Positions 28,967 to 37,937 of a stretch of DNA of 64,000 nt are shown here, piece after piece. Each line of letters starts with the position of its first letter. The stretch's first letter is position 1. The notes beneath the pieces are model-generated. The model was given only the letters and a program-made list of their open reading frames with translations. It was not told the origin of the DNA and did not search any database. The translations under genes were made by a program, and so were the position numbers. Location of the stretch: assembly GCA_964514375.1 (NCBI GenBank), contig CAZEQH010000002.1, positions 3,742 to 67,741 of the forward strand. The letters run 5' to 3'. This stretch comes from an uncultured Candidatus Saccharibacteria bacterium (GTDB lineage Bacteria; Patescibacteriota; Minisyncoccia; Minisyncoccales; JANBVM01).

Positions 28967-30088
28967 TTAATCTTGCTCGCAGATTTCCACTATCGCCAGT
29001 TCCAGGGGTAGTTGGGGAATGGGAGAGCGCCGCATTTTATTATGGGCTTCCAGGAAAGTATTAACTATATCTTTGAGCTCTTCCTCTTTGAAACAGGAAG
29101 CCTGCTTGATGAGCGTCTGGACTTCTTCCTTAGTAAGGCCTGAAAGATATCTCTGGAGTTCCTGCTCTTTGCTCTTCTCTCCTATTATTTTGACAATAAG
29201 GGTTTTTCTCAGGTAGCTGATAAGTGTTTTGGAAAACTCTTCCATGTCCATCCCTTTCTGTCCGATATTATTGAGATAATCAATAGCTTTAAGAGTCTCC
29301 TTATCGCACAAAAACCCCGTTAATTTACTCACCATTTCCACCTCTACCAGACCTAGCAGGTCTTTGATATCTTCTGCCTTTATTTCTTTTTTGGAATCCT
29401 TATAAAAAGTGGATATCTGGTTGAGCAGGCTTTCCGCATCCCTGATGGCTCCTCCCGCATTGATGGCGATGAGTTCCTCGGCAGCCTTTTCAATCTTTAT
29501 CTTTTCCTTTTTGACCACGGCTTCTATCTTCTCCATAATCTCGGGCACCGTGAGCTTTCGAAAGTCAAATCTCTGACAGCGCGAAATAATAGTGGGAATC
29601 ATCTTGTGTATCTCCGTGGTGGCCAGAATAAAAATAGCATGCTCAGGAGGTTCTTCCAAGGTTTTTAATAAGGCATTAGATGCCTCCTTGGTCAATTGAT
29701 GGGATTCGTCGATGATAAACACCTTATATTTGGATTTGGTGGGAGAAAACATAATTCCATCTTTCAGTTCTCTGATGTCGTCGATTCCCCGGTGGGAAGC
29801 TGCATCTATCTCCAGGAGGTCTATGGCGTTGCCTTCGGTTATTTCCAGACAGGAAGAGCATTTGTTGCACGGCTCATAATCACCTTCTTTCCTGTTTTTA
29901 CAATTGACGGATTTAGCCAGGAGTCTGGCCAGAGTGGTTTTGCCCGTGCCTCTGGGTCCGGAAAACAAATAGGCGTGGGAGACCATTCCCCTGGCAATAG
30001 CGTTGGTGAGTGTTTTAACGATGTGCTCCTGACCGATAAATTCTGAAAAACTCTGCGGCCGGTATTTCCGGTACAATACCAATGACAT
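28967..30088 (-). CDS. dnaX: DNA polymerase III subunit gamma/tau (short form)
   Basis: YLFSGPRGTGKTT (Walker A), zinc module CNKCSSC, IIDESHQL (Walker B), sensor ATTE. Confidence 0.9.
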   Translation of the reverse strand: MSLVLYRKYRPQSFSEFIGQEHIVKTLTNAIARGMVSHAYLFSGPRGTGKTTLARLLAKSVNCKNRKEGDYEPCNKCSSCLEITEGNAIDLLEIDAASHRGIDDIRELKDGIMFSPTKSKYKVFIIDESHQLTKEASNALLKTLEEPPEHAIFILATTEIHKMIPTIISRCQRFDFRKLTVPEIMEKIEAVVKKEKIKIEKAAEELIAINAGGAIRDAESLLNQISTFYKDSKKEIKAEDIKDLLGLVEVEMVSKLTGFLCDKETLKAIDYLNNIGQKGMDMEEFSKTLISYLRKTLIVKIIGEKSKEQELQRYLSGLTKEEVQTLIKQASCFKEEELKDIVNTFLEAHNKMRRSPIPQLPLELAIVEICEQD

Positions 30089-30702
30089 TACTTTTTGAAT
30101 ACAATGAATTTATAGCCCAGGAAATTCCAGGCAAAACCCGCAAAAGCTGCCGCTATTCCCCCCACGCTGGCCCAAACCTGAGGAGGCAATCCGAATTGGG
30201 GGCCGACAACGTTAACTACCAGAGAGGCCACTCCCACATTCACTCCCAGACCTATAAAGGTAACAATAAAAAATTGGGCGAATTCTTTTTCTACGCCTGC
30301 CATCTCTTTCTGTTCAAAAGCCAGGAATTTGTTGGCCCAGTATTTGGCAAAGGTGGCCACTAAAAAAGAGATACCCTTGGAGACGCTGAATACAAGCCCC
30401 TCTGCTTTCTGGAAGATAGTTATTAATAAATTGAGGACTCCCAAATCCAGAAGCGTAGCTAGAGCTCCTATTAGCAGAAACTTGGCCAACTGGAATACAA
30501 AGGGGAATTTCTTCCCTATTAATTCCGCTATCCATAGGCAGAAAACCGCCAGTACCGGTAGTGTCAGGAATAAAATCCAGGTTAAAAGCCCTAGGCTTAC
30601 ACCCATTACCTGATTGACGCCGGCACTTTTGATGAGGCTCATCATAAACCAGGCTAGTACCAGGCCCGTTACGATGGCCAAAATAGTGTCTTCTTTCTTC
30701 AT
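30088..30702 (-). CDS. GtrA-family membrane protein (extended N-terminus)
   Basis: 6 TM; the C-terminal 130 aa carry GtrA hallmarks (KFLLIGALATLLDLGVLNLL ... AWNFLGYKFIVFKK). Confidence 0.5.
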   Translation of the reverse strand: MKKEDTILAIVTGLVLAWFMMSLIKSAGVNQVMGVSLGLLTWILFLTLPVLAVFCLWIAELIGKKFPFVFQLAKFLLIGALATLLDLGVLNLLITIFQKAEGLVFSVSKGISFLVATFAKYWANKFLAFEQKEMAGVEKEFAQFFIVTFIGLGVNVGVASLVVNVVGPQFGLPPQVWASVGGIAAAFAGFAWNFLGYKFIVFKK

Positions 30703-30739
30703 ATTGAACTATTTTAACACGGACATTTTAGAAATCAAC

Positions 30740-30766
30740 TTGACAGGGAAAAACGCTTGTTATAAT
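30740..30766 (+). promoter_or_regulatory. sigma70-like promoter for the cysteine-synthase-like gene
   Basis: TTGACA (30740-30745), 15-nt spacer, extended -10 TGtTATAAT (30758-30766). Confidence 0.5.
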
Positions 30767-30853
30767 TTGGAAAGTAGATTTATGAAAAACAGAAACACCT
30801 TTCCCTTAACGATTTGTTGCTGCTGTTGTCAGCGCAACTGCTTCTTAAGCAGG

Positions 30854-30932
30854 AAGGGGTTTTGGTTTAATTAAATAAGAAAGTCGAAATAAACTTAAAC
30901 TCGATACCGCCCCTTCCAAAGAAGGGTTTTTT
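30854..30932 (+). promoter_or_regulatory. leader with an SD-sequestering hairpin and an upstream decoy
   Basis: CCCTTC-caaa-GAAGGG hairpin (30911-30926) occludes the only SD-like sequence (GAAGGG, 12 nt before the ATG) and is followed by TTTTTTATTTTT. An upstream GAAGGGG (30854-30860) can pair instead with CCCCTTC (30910-30916). Confidence 0.45.
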
Positions 30933-30938
30933 ATTTTT

Positions 30939-31772
30939 ATGGATATTCTTAACACTATAGGGCATACCCCATTAATAGAAGTGAAAGGCATTTACGCGAA
31001 ATTGGAAACCGTTAACCCCTCGGGTTCCATTAAAGACAGGATGGCCAAGTTTATGGTAGAAAAGGCGGAAAAAGAAGGAAAACTGAAACCGGGTTTTTCC
31101 ATCATTGAAGCCACTTCGGGAAATACGGGAGTAAGTTTCTCACTCGTTTCTGCTGTTAAGGGATATGGGTTTACGGCCGTCATACATGAAAACACAAGCT
31201 TCGGGAAAAAGAAATTGATGAAGCTTTTGGGAGCAGAATTAGTATTGGTGCCCGATAAGTGGGGATTTCCGGAACTCATAAGGAAAACGGAAGAGTTATC
31301 AAAACAGCGCAGCAAAATCTGGCTGCCCAGGCAATTTGTCAACCCGGATAACGTAGAAGCGCACAGATTGGGTTTGGGACGTGAGATAGCAGGACAAATA
31401 CAGAGAATAGATGCATTTGTGGCAGGTATAGGCACGGGAGGCACCTTAATGGGTGTAGCCAAGGCATTGAAGGGGAAATTTCCGAAAATAAAAATTTTCG
31501 GTGTGGAGCCTGCGGAATCCCATCATCAGATAGAGGGGATTTCAGACGGCATCGTGCCCGGGATACTGGAGAGAGATTTGATTGATGGAATGATAAAAAT
31601 TAGAAGTATTGACGCCTTGAAAACTGCGAGAGAACTGGCTCAAAAGTACGGTCTCTTGGTGGGCATTTCCTCTGCCGCAAACTTCCTTGCTGCCCAGAAA
31701 CTTAAAACTAAATACAGGAACGTGGTAACTGTCTTTCCTGACAGGGCAGAACGTTACATGGATAAAATTTAA
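30939..31772 (+). CDS. cysteine synthase / O-acetylserine sulfhydrylase family PLP enzyme (short, 277 aa)
   Basis: PLP-lysine motif GSIKDR; SGNTGVS glycine loop; fold-type II PLP family. Confidence 0.8.
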   Translation: MDILNTIGHTPLIEVKGIYAKLETVNPSGSIKDRMAKFMVEKAEKEGKLKPGFSIIEATSGNTGVSFSLVSAVKGYGFTAVIHENTSFGKKKLMKLLGAELVLVPDKWGFPELIRKTEELSKQRSKIWLPRQFVNPDNVEAHRLGLGREIAGQIQRIDAFVAGIGTGGTLMGVAKALKGKFPKIKIFGVEPAESHHQIEGISDGIVPGILERDLIDGMIKIRSIDALKTARELAQKYGLLVGISSAANFLAAQKLKTKYRNVVTVFPDRAERYMDKI

Positions 31773-31795
31773 GCTCTAAAAAAAAGAGAGCAATA

Positions 31796-32731
31796 TTAAT
31801 TGCTCATGGTGATATAAGGAATAAGTTTTTCTATTTCTTTTTTCCGTGTCCTCAGGGTTACTTCCGTAATATTGGTAAGTTTGGCTATTTCTGCCTGAGT
31901 CCTCTTATGGTGATTACTCTCGCATATCAGATAGACGAGCCCTGCCAGGACTCCTCTCCTGTCTTTTCCGACAAAATTGCCGTTTGCCATTACTTTTTCA
32001 TAGGCACCAAAAATAAGTATTTCAAGGCTTATTGGAAGCTTAAGGGCTGTTGTAACTTCATCAATGTATCTCCTGATTTTTCTGTCTTCTCTGGCTTTGA
32101 AAAATTTCTGAATTTCTTTTGACGCAGTTAATCTAGTATAATCCTTAAAGAATCTTCTTGGATTGATTTTAGTAACTTCCGCCAATCTTTTGATGGGATT
32201 TGGATTTCCCCATCTAGTGTACACAAAGCAGAAAGCAGCAGCTGCCAGGTATAGGTAATTACTCCAAGCAATGCCGATCCTGATAGCCCTTTTGACGAGC
32301 CATAACATCTCTTTTTCCATAGCCTTCGTCACTACAAATTGTAAACGGGTTCTTGTTAATAACTGCTTTAAGCGTATTGTTACTATAGCTTTACGCCTTC
32401 GATCCTTCGGGTCAAACCATTTTTCCGCTTTCCTTAATCTATACATATTTGAGGAAGCTTCAGGTTTTATTTGTCTGCCTGAGTCATCTTTGTTGTTACT
32501 TCTTATTCTGGTGCCCCTTCCGAATGAAAACTTTCCGGTCACAACCCGTGGGTACAGAGGGTCGTCGTCGGGAAAATAATTCACGCCTCCCCCTGTATCC
32601 ATGCAGTGGTGTTCTATAACGATGCCGCATTTTCTGTAAATAACCTCTCCTTTGTCATAAATAATATCTTTGCTGAAACATTCCGGACAAGAATATTCAT
32701 TATTATAATATTCAGTCATTGTCTGATTCAC
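31796..32731 (-). CDS. TFIIB/TFB-family transcription initiation factor-like protein
   Basis: N-terminal zinc ribbon CPECFSKDIIYDKGEVIYRKCGIVIE (third Cys replaced by Tyr; HHC follows). B-reader/linker with MYRLRK. Two cyclin-like repeats, the second reading GKDRRGVLAGLVYLICESNHHKRTQAEIAKLTNITEVTLRTRKKEIEKL, near-diagnostic for the TFIIB C-terminal repeat. Confidence 0.8.
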   Translation of the reverse strand: MNQTMTEYYNNEYSCPECFSKDIIYDKGEVIYRKCGIVIEHHCMDTGGGVNYFPDDDPLYPRVVTGKFSFGRGTRIRSNNKDDSGRQIKPEASSNMYRLRKAEKWFDPKDRRRKAIVTIRLKQLLTRTRLQFVVTKAMEKEMLWLVKRAIRIGIAWSNYLYLAAAAFCFVYTRWGNPNPIKRLAEVTKINPRRFFKDYTRLTASKEIQKFFKAREDRKIRRYIDEVTTALKLPISLEILIFGAYEKVMANGNFVGKDRRGVLAGLVYLICESNHHKRTQAEIAKLTNITEVTLRTRKKEIEKLIPYITMSN

Positions 32732-32818
32732 CCCTTTTTAAACGAGCTTTATATATTCAAAATCTTATCAGAATATCACCTTTTGTCAAAATAGCTTTAA
32801 AAAATAAAATTTATTATA

Positions 32819-34231
32819 ATGAATAAAACCATGCTCAAACTGTACAATACTTTGACCAGGAAAAAAGAGGTTTTCAAACCTAAAAGAAAAGAGAAGGTTA
32901 ATATTTTTGTTTGCGGGCCGACCGTTTATGATTTTTCCCATATCGGTCATGCGAGGACCTATGTTTCTTTTGATGTAATCGTCAAATACCTACGGGAAAA
33001 AGGGTATGATGTTTTTTATTTACAGAACATAACAGATATTGATGATAAAGTTATAAAAAGAGCAAACGAAAAGAAGATTTCCTGGAAAAAGCTCGCCAGA
33101 AATTTTGAAAAAGAATATCTTAAAGACATGAAAACCCTTAAGATTAATAGCGTTACCAAATATGCCAGAGCCACGGACCATATTAAAGAAATTATTTCCC
33201 AGGTGAAGAGGTTAAAAAAGAAAGGTTTCGGCTATGAGACAAATAATGGCATTTATTATGATATAGGCCGCTTTAAAGGTTACGGAAAGCTCTCCAGGAG
33301 AACGGTGGTAATGGCAGAAGACGCTCTCTCAAGAATAGATGAAGGAGGAGAGAAAAGAAATGCCGGTGACTTTTGCTTGTGGAAGTTTTCTAAGAAAGAT
33401 GAAGCTAAATGGGAAAGCCCCTGGGGACCGGGAAGACCGGGCTGGCATATCGAGGACACGGCAATTACCGAGAAATACTTCGGACCTCAATACGATATTC
33501 ACGGCGGGGCCAGGGATTTGATTTTTCCTCACCATGAAGCTGAAATCAGCCAAATGGAAGCTGTTTCAGGAAAATCCCCTCTGGTCAGATACTGGCTTCA
33601 TACCGGTTTCCTGACAATAGAAGGCCAGAAGATGTCAAAATCTTTGGGTAATTTCATTACGATAAGAAAACTTCTTGAAAAGGTATCTCCCAGGGTATTG
33701 AGGCTTCTGCTGATAAAAACACATTACCGTTCTCCCATCGATTTCAGCGACAAGCTGCTCTTACAAAGCAAAAGAGAGATTGAAAGAATGGATGAATTCT
33801 TAAGGAAACTGAAGAAGCTAAACAAAAAGGGCCTGGAGAGAAAATCAAAGCTGAAATTAGCCGAGAGAGTGGAAAAGGAATTTGAGCAGTCCATGGAGGA
33901 TGATTTTAACACTCCTTCGGCTGTTTCCGTAATTTTCAAGCTGATAGCAGAAGGAAATAAACTTTTGAACAAGAGGAGATTAACCTCAAAGGAGGCCAGG
34001 GAGATTTTAGTTTTTTTCAAGAAGATAGATCGAGTTTTCAGTCTGGATTTAACAAAAGTTGAAAAAGTAAAAATTCCTCAGAAAATAAGGAATTTGGTTA
34101 GACAAAGAGAGCAATTTAGAAAATATTCTCGATGGGAGAAAGCCGACGATATTAGAAAAGAAATTGAGAAATCCGGTTTCTTTGTTGAGGATACACAGGA
34201 AGGACCCAAAGTTATCAGAAAGGAAAAATAA
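32819..34231 (+). CDS. cysS: cysteine--tRNA ligase
   Basis: HIGH motif (FSHIGHARTY), KMSKS motif (KMSKSLGN), anticodon-binding C-terminus. Confidence 0.9.
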   Translation: MNKTMLKLYNTLTRKKEVFKPKRKEKVNIFVCGPTVYDFSHIGHARTYVSFDVIVKYLREKGYDVFYLQNITDIDDKVIKRANEKKISWKKLARNFEKEYLKDMKTLKINSVTKYARATDHIKEIISQVKRLKKKGFGYETNNGIYYDIGRFKGYGKLSRRTVVMAEDALSRIDEGGEKRNAGDFCLWKFSKKDEAKWESPWGPGRPGWHIEDTAITEKYFGPQYDIHGGARDLIFPHHEAEISQMEAVSGKSPLVRYWLHTGFLTIEGQKMSKSLGNFITIRKLLEKVSPRVLRLLLIKTHYRSPIDFSDKLLLQSKREIERMDEFLRKLKKLNKKGLERKSKLKLAERVEKEFEQSMEDDFNTPSAVSVIFKLIAEGNKLLNKRRLTSKEAREILVFFKKIDRVFSLDLTKVEKVKIPQKIRNLVRQREQFRKYSRWEKADDIRKEIEKSGFFVEDTQEGPKVIRKEK

Positions 34232-34233
34232 AA

Positions 34234-35361
34234 TTATCCTTTACCTTTTTTACAGGTTTCGTAAAAAGATAATACACTATCTGATATTTTCTCCCAGGAA
34301 TATTCCTTTACTTCCTCCAGCCCCTTTCGGGCTGTTTTTAGTCGCAGGGGTTTGTCCTTAATCAACAGAGAAATTTTTTCTGCTAATTGGCGGAAATTTT
34401 TAGGTCTGGCCAGAAACTTTTCGCTGGCCTTTCCTTTCAAAAGCTGGGCGTATCCTTTGTTGGCAAAGGCAACTACCGGAATTCCGCAGGCCATAGCCTC
34501 CAGAAGGACCAATCCAAAGCTTTCCCCGAAAATGGCAGGACTGACGAAGATATCAGCTGTTCTGTAATACGAGGCCACCCTCCCTTCCAGCTGACCCTCA
34601 AAAGCAACATTCTGCAATTTATTCTTTTTAACATATTGGCGGCACTCCTCTTCCAGGGGGCCCGAACCTACTATTATCAGGCGCAGATTGGAAAATTCTT
34701 TCTGTAGGATTTTTAAGGCCTTCAGGAGGTATATCAAACCTTTTCTTTCCTCCATTCTTCCCACGAACAAAATATTAGTTTTCCCATCGCAGAATTTTTT
34801 AATTTTAGAAACTCGGATATTGAAATTATCCAAATCTATTCCATTGGGAATAACGGCTTTGGGGCCATTGTATTCCTTGAAGAATTCCAGTATCAGGGGA
34901 GCTACCCCGATAACGCCGTCTATCTTCCATTGGCATATTTTGTCGAGTGTATAAAGGAAGGTAGGAAAGCTTTGTATAAACTTGCTTCCCTCTACGTTGG
35001 AATGGAATGTCAGGATTTTAAGGGCATTGTCAGCAGATGGACTCAGGAGTATCTGCAGGGCCGAGGGGAACCCAAAGTTATGGAAATGCAGGACGTCGAA
35101 CTTTTCTTTTTTAAGAACGTCTTCCAGGGCCAGAGGATTGAAGTTAATATTGAAATCTGCCTGGCTGCCTCCGAAATTAATGGGAAATGAGGTACCCAGT
35201 AGTATTATATCTCTGCCGTAGTTTTCTGAAATTTTTCTCCTGGGGACTATAATTTTAGCGTCAACGCCCTTCTTTTTAAACTGACGAAAAAGGCCCATGA
35301 TGTGCCTTTTTACGCCCCCCGGGTTGGCAAAGGAGTGGAATGAAACGAGCCCTACTTTCAT
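34234..35361 (-). CDS. glycosyltransferase family 4 (GT1-fold, RfaG-like)
   Basis: N-terminus MKVGLVSFHSFANPGGVKRH; EX7E-like ESFGLVLLEAMACGIPVVA. Start trimmed to the internal Met. Confidence 0.8.
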   Translation of the reverse strand: MKVGLVSFHSFANPGGVKRHIMGLFRQFKKKGVDAKIIVPRRKISENYGRDIILLGTSFPINFGGSQADFNINFNPLALEDVLKKEKFDVLHFHNFGFPSALQILLSPSADNALKILTFHSNVEGSKFIQSFPTFLYTLDKICQWKIDGVIGVAPLILEFFKEYNGPKAVIPNGIDLDNFNIRVSKIKKFCDGKTNILFVGRMEERKGLIYLLKALKILQKEFSNLRLIIVGSGPLEEECRQYVKKNKLQNVAFEGQLEGRVASYYRTADIFVSPAIFGESFGLVLLEAMACGIPVVAFANKGYAQLLKGKASEKFLARPKNFRQLAEKISLLIKDKPLRLKTARKGLEEVKEYSWEKISDSVLSFYETCKKGKG

Positions 35362-35464
35362 AATAAAATAGCAGAATCTGATTTCATTTCTATAGACGTT
35401 TTTTATTCTATCAAAAACCTTCAATCTTGCCAATCATTTTTCCGTGTGATAAATTGGATTTAGC

Positions 35465-36820
35465 ATGACTAAAGAAGTTTTAGAAAAGCTCCCTCCCCAA
35501 TCCGTTAAAGCAGAACAAGGAGTGCTTGGGTGTTTGATGCTTGATAGGTCAGCTATCGTTAAAGTAGCTGACTTTTTAGTGGCGGAAGATTTTTACCGAA
35601 AGATACACCAGGAGATATACGCAGCCTGTCTTGAACTGTTCGAAAGAGGAGAACCCATTGACCTCCTATCCGTTGCCAACAGGTTGAAGGAGAGAAGTCT
35701 CCTGGAGGAAGTAGGAGGCAACGGATATTTAACGGAATTGATGAACTCCGTGCCCACTCCGCGCCATGTCTTGAATTACGGGAAGATAGTCCATAACAAG
35801 AGGCTTTTGAGAGACATAATAGCTGCCTCCCAGGAGATAGCCGAACTGGGTTATAACGAAACAGAAGATATAGACAAATTGCTCGACCAAGCCGAAAGGA
35901 AAATTTTCAGCGTCGCCCAGAAAGGCCTTTCCCAGGAGTTCATACTGGTCAAGGACACCTTGGAGGAGGCATTTGAAAGGATAGACAAGCTTTCCAAACA
36001 CCAAACGGGGTTAAGGGGTGTTCCCACGGGATTCAGCGAGCTTGATAACATGCTGGCAGGTTTCCAGAAATCCGATTTGATAATATTGGCAGCCCGCCCT
36101 TCTTTGGGAAAAAGCGCCTTAGCTCTTAATTTTGCTTCCAACATCGCCGTTAACCATAAGATACCGGTTGGTATATTCTCGTTGGAGATGTCCAAGGACC
36201 AGATAGTAGATAGGCTGATAGCGAGTTATTCTGGCGTTGACCTCTGGAGGCTGAGAACGGGCCGGCTTTCCGAAGAAGGAAAAAAGGACGACTTTAGCAG
36301 GATACAGCACGCTCTGGGGATTCTTTCAGAAGCTCCTATCTACATTGACGACGCTTTTTCTTCAACTGTACTCCAGATGAAAGCCATGTCCAGAAGACTT
36401 CAGGCGGAAAACGACCTGGGTCTTATCATTGTTGATTATCTCCAGTTGATGGAACCTCTTAACCCTAATGCCGGTCCCGTACAACAGGTATCGGAGAACT
36501 CCCGTGCCCTAAAGGGTTTGGCCAGGGAACTCAATGTTCCTGTTCTGGTAGTATCTCAACTTTCCAGGGCCGTGGAACAACGTTCTCCTCAGATACCCAG
36601 GCTCTCTGACTTGAGACAGAGCGGTACTATTGAACAAGACGCCGACGTAGTCATGTTCATCTATCGGGAAGACCGCTACCGACGGGAGACAGCTAAGAAA
36701 AACATAGCCGATATTATTGTTGCTAAACACCGCAACGGTCCGGTAGGAGGTGTGGAAGTTTATTTTGACGAAAGGAGGGTATCATTCCGTAATCTCGATA
36801 AGCACTTTGAAGAATACTAA
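35465..36820 (+). CDS. dnaB: replicative DNA helicase DnaB
   Basis: DnaB N-domain (AEQGVLGCLM), Walker A ARPSLGKSALALN, Walker B IIVDYLQLM, RecA-like C-terminal core. Confidence 0.9.
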   Translation: MTKEVLEKLPPQSVKAEQGVLGCLMLDRSAIVKVADFLVAEDFYRKIHQEIYAACLELFERGEPIDLLSVANRLKERSLLEEVGGNGYLTELMNSVPTPRHVLNYGKIVHNKRLLRDIIAASQEIAELGYNETEDIDKLLDQAERKIFSVAQKGLSQEFILVKDTLEEAFERIDKLSKHQTGLRGVPTGFSELDNMLAGFQKSDLIILAARPSLGKSALALNFASNIAVNHKIPVGIFSLEMSKDQIVDRLIASYSGVDLWRLRTGRLSEEGKKDDFSRIQHALGILSEAPIYIDDAFSSTVLQMKAMSRRLQAENDLGLIIVDYLQLMEPLNPNAGPVQQVSENSRALKGLARELNVPVLVVSQLSRAVEQRSPQIPRLSDLRQSGTIEQDADVVMFIYREDRYRRETAKKNIADIIVAKHRNGPVGGVEVYFDERRVSFRNLDKHFEEY

Positions 36821-36823
36821 AAG

Positions 36824-37429
36824 ATGAAACATTCACCTGCCATCCAGAAATTGATTGATGTTTTTGCCAGGTTCCCAACAGTCGGTCCCAAAACGGCCGC
36901 TCGTTTTGTTTTCTACTTGCTTGATTCCGGAAAGGAAAACATAAAGGCTTTAGAATCCGCACTCAAGGATTTGGGGAATAATGTGAAGATATGCAGGATG
37001 TGTTTTAAATCATTTGAAGATTCTTCTGCGGGAAGATTGTGTGAAATTTGTTCTGACTCGACTCGCAACAAAAGTTTACTGTGCGTGTTGGAGAACGAGA
37101 TAGACCTGTTGGCGATAGAAAACACTGGAAAGTACCGGGGATTGTATTTCATTTTGGGCGGTCTCATTTCTAATCTTAAAAAAGAAGATTTCCAAAGGAT
37201 AAGAAACGAGGAATTAAAAATCATGATAAAAAACCACCCGGAAGTGAAGGAAGTTATTATCGCCGCAGACTCCACTGCTGAAGGAAGAGCAACATCACTC
37301 TATTTAAAAAGAATGCTGTCTGATTTTAAAGTCAAAGTTACCCAGCTGGGGCAGGGCCTTCCTGTGGGAGGAGAACTTGAATACGCAGATGAAGAAACTT
37401 TGTCTAGTGCATTGGAGAGCAGGAAATAG
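36824..37429 (+). CDS. recR: recombination protein RecR
   Basis: HhH N-terminus, C4 zinc finger CRMC ... CEIC, Toprim domain. Confidence 0.85.
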   Translation: MKHSPAIQKLIDVFARFPTVGPKTAARFVFYLLDSGKENIKALESALKDLGNNVKICRMCFKSFEDSSAGRLCEICSDSTRNKSLLCVLENEIDLLAIENTGKYRGLYFILGGLISNLKKEDFQRIRNEELKIMIKNHPEVKEVIIAADSTAEGRATSLYLKRMLSDFKVKVTQLGQGLPVGGELEYADEETLSSALESRK

Positions 37430-37602
37430 AAACACGTATAAGCGGATCTACGCAGAAAGAGCAGAAGCTGATTTACGCAGATATTGTCCGCAGAACTACG
37501 CGGAAACATAAACACCCCTTGATTATAAGGAGTGCTTTTTTATTCGCGCTTATCCGCTTCTACGAAGTTAATCTGCGTGTATCAGCGCCCGTCAATCCGC
37601 TT

Positions 37603-37920
37603 CTATACACTCTTTATCTCTTCAATCTGAACTTCTGTAAATTGCTGCCGGTGGCCTTTCTTTACCTTATACCTTTTACTGGCCCGGTATTTGAAGGCGA
37701 TAACCTTTTTGCCTTTCCCGTGGCGGATTACTTTTCCAGTTACCTTGGCTTCCTTAACTATGGGAGTGCCGATTTCCAGCTTCTTTCCCTTCTCCAAAAG
37801 CAGGATCTGATCGAAAGCCACCCTCTCTCCCTCTTTCTTGTCCAGTTTTTCTACTTTCAATTTATCTCCTTCCTTGACAAGATACTGTTTTCCTCCCGTT
37901 TTTATTGCTGCTAGGCTCAT
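37603..37920 (-). CDS. rplU: 50S ribosomal protein L21 (bL21)
   Basis: AIIKTGGKQYLVKEGDKLKVEKL ... KVIAFKYRASKRYKVKKGHRQ. Confidence 0.9.
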   Translation of the reverse strand: MSLAAIKTGGKQYLVKEGDKLKVEKLDKKEGERVAFDQILLLEKGKKLEIGTPIVKEAKVTGKVIRHGKGKKVIAFKYRASKRYKVKKGHRQQFTEVQIEEIKSV

Positions 37921-37937
37921 ATTATGTTAGTTTTATG

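Noticed and set aside
30906-30935. Hairpin plus T-tract just upstream of the cysK-like ATG read as a simple terminator of an upstream gene
   Set aside because: No upstream plus-strand gene exists; the neighbour is divergent. The hairpin overlaps the only SD-like sequence, so it is reinterpreted as part of a regulatory leader.
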